DNA from: Styela clava
Lineage: Eukaryota
Reading direction: 5' to 3'
Assembly: GCF_964204865.1 (NCBI RefSeq)
Contig: NC_135250.1
Span: 19,220,001 to 19,284,000, forward strand
Length of the DNA stretch: 64,000 nucleotides
Under the pieces are notes generated by a model that did not search any database, was not told the DNA's origin, and saw only the letters and a list, made by a program, of their open reading frames with translations. Position 1 is the stretch's first letter. The number at the start of each line of letters is the position of its first letter. The position numbers and the translations under genes are program-made. Below are positions 48,572-64,000 of the stretch, in pieces.

Positions 48572-51317
48572 TTTACACCATTTGTTATGTTAGATGATAC
48601 TTCCACCCCCATTATAATGCATTATTGCACTTGCGTTGTTGTTTGAAACCATATATTAATAATCACTAGTAGAAATGTTCTCGAGATGTTATTTTCATGC
48701 TCCATGCAAATATCAAGAACTATCAACGTCATGTTGCTCCCATTAAATAACCATTTATCCATAATTTTATTTATTTATTCTCATCATCTCATGCATAAGA
48801 TGAAATGTTTTTATATTGATTTGTTTTGAAAATCACAACAAGATTGCAGAATTCACAAAGTAGCTAGTCTTCGTCACTTTAAATGCCTAGGGTTATGGAT
48901 GAAAAGTCCACAAGATGTACATTATATGTTAAGATGTTTAAAATTCTCTGAAAGAATTAAGATTATTTCCACTGAATGAAATTTTTCCTCTGTGTGCCAT
49001 GTCAGTATCCATTCATTTCTTTTTTTATTGCGTGCCTGGTTTAATTTTTGAGTGCATTTTTTCGACCAATGTGATATTGCTCCTCTGTATATAAATCCCA
49101 AATGTTATAGGTGATAGCAATTGGCTAGCATTAGCATTGCTCAATTTGTTCATAATGGCGGCCATAAGAATTAGAAGTTTAGGTTTGGACAAAATGCTGA
49201 AATTTTAATGTAGTTTTGAGCTTTTAGTTGTAAACATATATGACAAGAATCTGCTTTCTATTGTTCTCGACTATCCTGTCTGTACACAGTTACATGTATA
49301 ATAAGTATTTTACATCTTGTGCTTGGTGTACTGGAGTTTTTTTTCTTGTGGATTGGAACCCTGGACTATCAGGGGTGTGGAGTCTCTCTGGGTTGGCAAA
49401 AAATTTTGTCTTCTCAAGATATTGAGTATAATTGCAGTTGGCAGCAAGCTTTCACTTACCTAATCGGCGTAGACTTAATTTTGTGTACTATAAGCCAATA
49501 AATTTAGATTGGATTTCAGATGTGCAGTTCTCCACTGCAGAGTAAGCTGAAATTACTTGTTTTCAGAGTTGCTTATTACGTCACTCCAATCTCGAGAGAG
49601 AATAAATATCTTTTGCCTACTAGCAGTCCCCTCAGAACACAAGTTTCCTGGCAACCTGCAACTATGAATATTCATGCGCCATGGGCAAACTTTACTGTAA
49701 TGGACAGACAGTTTTTCATGGGTAGAATTCTATTGCTAGCTCAACCTACTGGTTTAAAGTCTGATGCTTAGAAAGATTGCATGAATCTCTAAAGTTCATA
49801 TCAGAGAGATTTCACTGACAAACAGTAACTAACTTGGATGAATACCTGCTATCCCCAGCAATAAGAAAGACATGCTCGTACCATTCTTATACAATAAATA
49901 ATTCACATAAATACAATTAAAACAACATGAAAGTTTGCACGATTAGAGATTGAAAAATTATTCAGCACCAGCGAGAATTTGCACAAATCAGATATCTACC
50001 TGGTGATCAATCCTAAAAAAAAACATTTGAACCAACACCAGCAAGCAATTATCATCAACTTAAGTATGGATATTCTCCAAACAGGTAAAAAAAATCATAC
50101 AAATTTGACAGTCATTGGTGCAAGATTGTTACACATAACATCTTGAGTGAATGAGGCAAAAGTTTTAATAGCAATATATTGGTGCAGTAAAATGAAAAAA
50201 AGTGTGTGCAAATTCGAAAAAAACAATGAAATACCAAGAAAAGAGCATTGCAACATTTTAGTACCTCAATGTATGATCACAGTTGGAAAAATAATACTGC
50301 ATATAAAAAATGACAATCAGATAAATTTAATTCCGTATTAAATGATTCATTTTGATTGATATTCTTGTGGAAATTTGAATACATTTTTATTAATATACTA
50401 CTGCAATCTTGGGTTCTATTTTTATTGACAATATTCATATTTGAAAAAATATTATTTCGATATTTTATTTTTGTACAATATACAGCATTATTTTTTCAGA
50501 AACTAGTCAGTTGAGCACAACATAAAAATTTCTAATGAACAATGCTGATTAATTTGCCATCAAAGATAAATGAAACTAGTTCATATTTTATCTCAGAGAC
50601 TAACAATTTGAAAATCCAATCTATTGTATCATACATGAAAAATCTCCATTTACCAAATTCAGTGCGGTTTCACAGAAAGAAAATAACATTTCATGAAACA
50701 CTCCTAATCATAACTGCAGTATTTGTGTGATAAATTAACATTTTATTACGGAATCCATAGAACTACGATTGCAAAGAAAACATAAAAAACGTGAGGTCCC
50801 AATGTGTACAATTTACAAAATATACCAAATCGGTCATGGCACTGCAAATTAAAACTTATTAACAGAAACACTACACACAGTAATCAGTCATCCAATAAAT
50901 TGAAGAATAATAAAGAACAAAAATTGCACATTACCAAATGTAAAATAGGCAGTTTATAGTTCACCAAGCGTTGTTGTGTAGTCGTGCAAACGTAATACAG
51001 CAGATAAAAATAAATAAACATAATATATGTGATGAAATAATTACAGACACAGTGACGAGCATGCAATATCGAAAAAATATATCCCAAACGACACAAAAAA
51101 GCAGCGCAGTGGTTAGGGTACTTGGATCAAATTGCATGTAATCTTGAAGAGGGCATTCTTGAAGACTAGTAGAGAGCTGATAAATGCTAGTGACACAAAA
51201 CATCCATCAGTTTTGTCAATATAGTGAGGGAGGGAGGCATAGACCTCTCGGACTAAGGCCCAGTTCAAAAGAACAAACTGGAAATTTCTTTTCAATAGCA
51301 ATTTTTACAGTAGTTCA

Positions 51318-63094
<11,777 letters not shown>

Positions 63095-64000
63095 CTAAAA
63101 TATATAATTTGGAAATTCGTATTAACAAAACAGAAAAATAAATTAATATCATTAATTTATTATTTTACAACTATGCTATGTTTGTAAAAACTGCAGGATA
63201 TACCCTACCTCGAAAAGTTCTAAAAACCAGAAACCTATTACAAGATAAATCTGTGACATTGAAGTTGTGTTGCATGACCATCTGCAGCAGTTGCAGATGA
63301 AGCTTCGAGAAGAATTTATTTTGTTATTAAAGATTTTCGATTCTGACCAGCACTTCTAATGACTCAGTATGACTTAGATTAGGAGGTAAATATTGTTAGT
63401 TGCAAACGAACACTAAACAAGGCTTCACTTATCAGAATTCAGGCGAACAAAAAAAATTAACAATTACAGTAAAAACTATCCTCAAAGTTTTCAACCGTTC
63501 CATCATATAATAACTTGATAAGAGATCTATAAATACCACAATGAGAATCTGAGACCATACATATCAGTGTGATTTTTCTAAACAAAAGAGCAATACTAAA
63601 CTACAAGGACATGAAGATCCAATGACTAACATTCGTACCTTCTATGCTTAAACTCAAACTTATTACCGGTATCTAATCCTTCAAAAGCTTTGAAAACAAA
63701 ATAGAAAATCAAGTGTTACCAACATAGCAGTTCACATCGGTACCGATAAGGCTGCAGATGGGCAGTGACCATCAGCTTTGTCAGAAAGATGTCAAACTGG
63801 TCTGACATAACGCCAAGTGGAAGCGCAATATTCATAGAAATAGCAATATTTTGGGTGGAATATCGATCCCATACCTCAGTAGTCAAACATAATTCGTTCA
63901 GGATTCATGTTGACTACCGAAACTTTTTTTGCGATAAGAGCCTAGTCCTTTTAATTCGCAGTACCGCAGCATTTTTGACTAGAATTTTTGGTCAACTATC

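Overview
AT-rich animal genomic DNA with spliceosomal introns. Its compact introns and repeat families look ascidian (tunicate), but the species is an unverified inference. Gene models were built by hand from splice sites and reading phase. (1) Two orphan low-complexity ORFs on the minus strand at 1.9-4.5 kb. (2) A roughly 14 kb gene-poor interval, then an Rx/Rax homeobox gene (21967-24260). (3) An 8-exon TIS11/ZFP36-type protein with four CCCH fingers (25506-29318), one GC-AG intron and an N-terminus dense in degron and docking motifs. (4) A full-length but frameshifted hAT transposon with a perfect 8-bp target-site duplication (TSD) at 30931-33966, beside a hAT MITE. (5) A leaderless protein of about 170 aa whose sequence pattern follows IL-1/IL-18 beta-trefoil cytokines, with a caspase-like DYSD site at the expected position (35959-36823, minus). 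(6) A 3-exon, 83-aa Tyr-rich microprotein gene that the ORF track only partly captures (41879-42564). (7) An intronless USP19-like deubiquitinase (46103-48571). (8) The 3' 13 coding exons of a BRSK/SAD kinase (51318-63094, minus). Many MITE, SINE and Helentron-like repeats are interspersed. The best novelty candidates are the IL-1/IL-18-like gene, the Tyr-motif microprotein and the motif-rich 4xCCCH RNA regulator.
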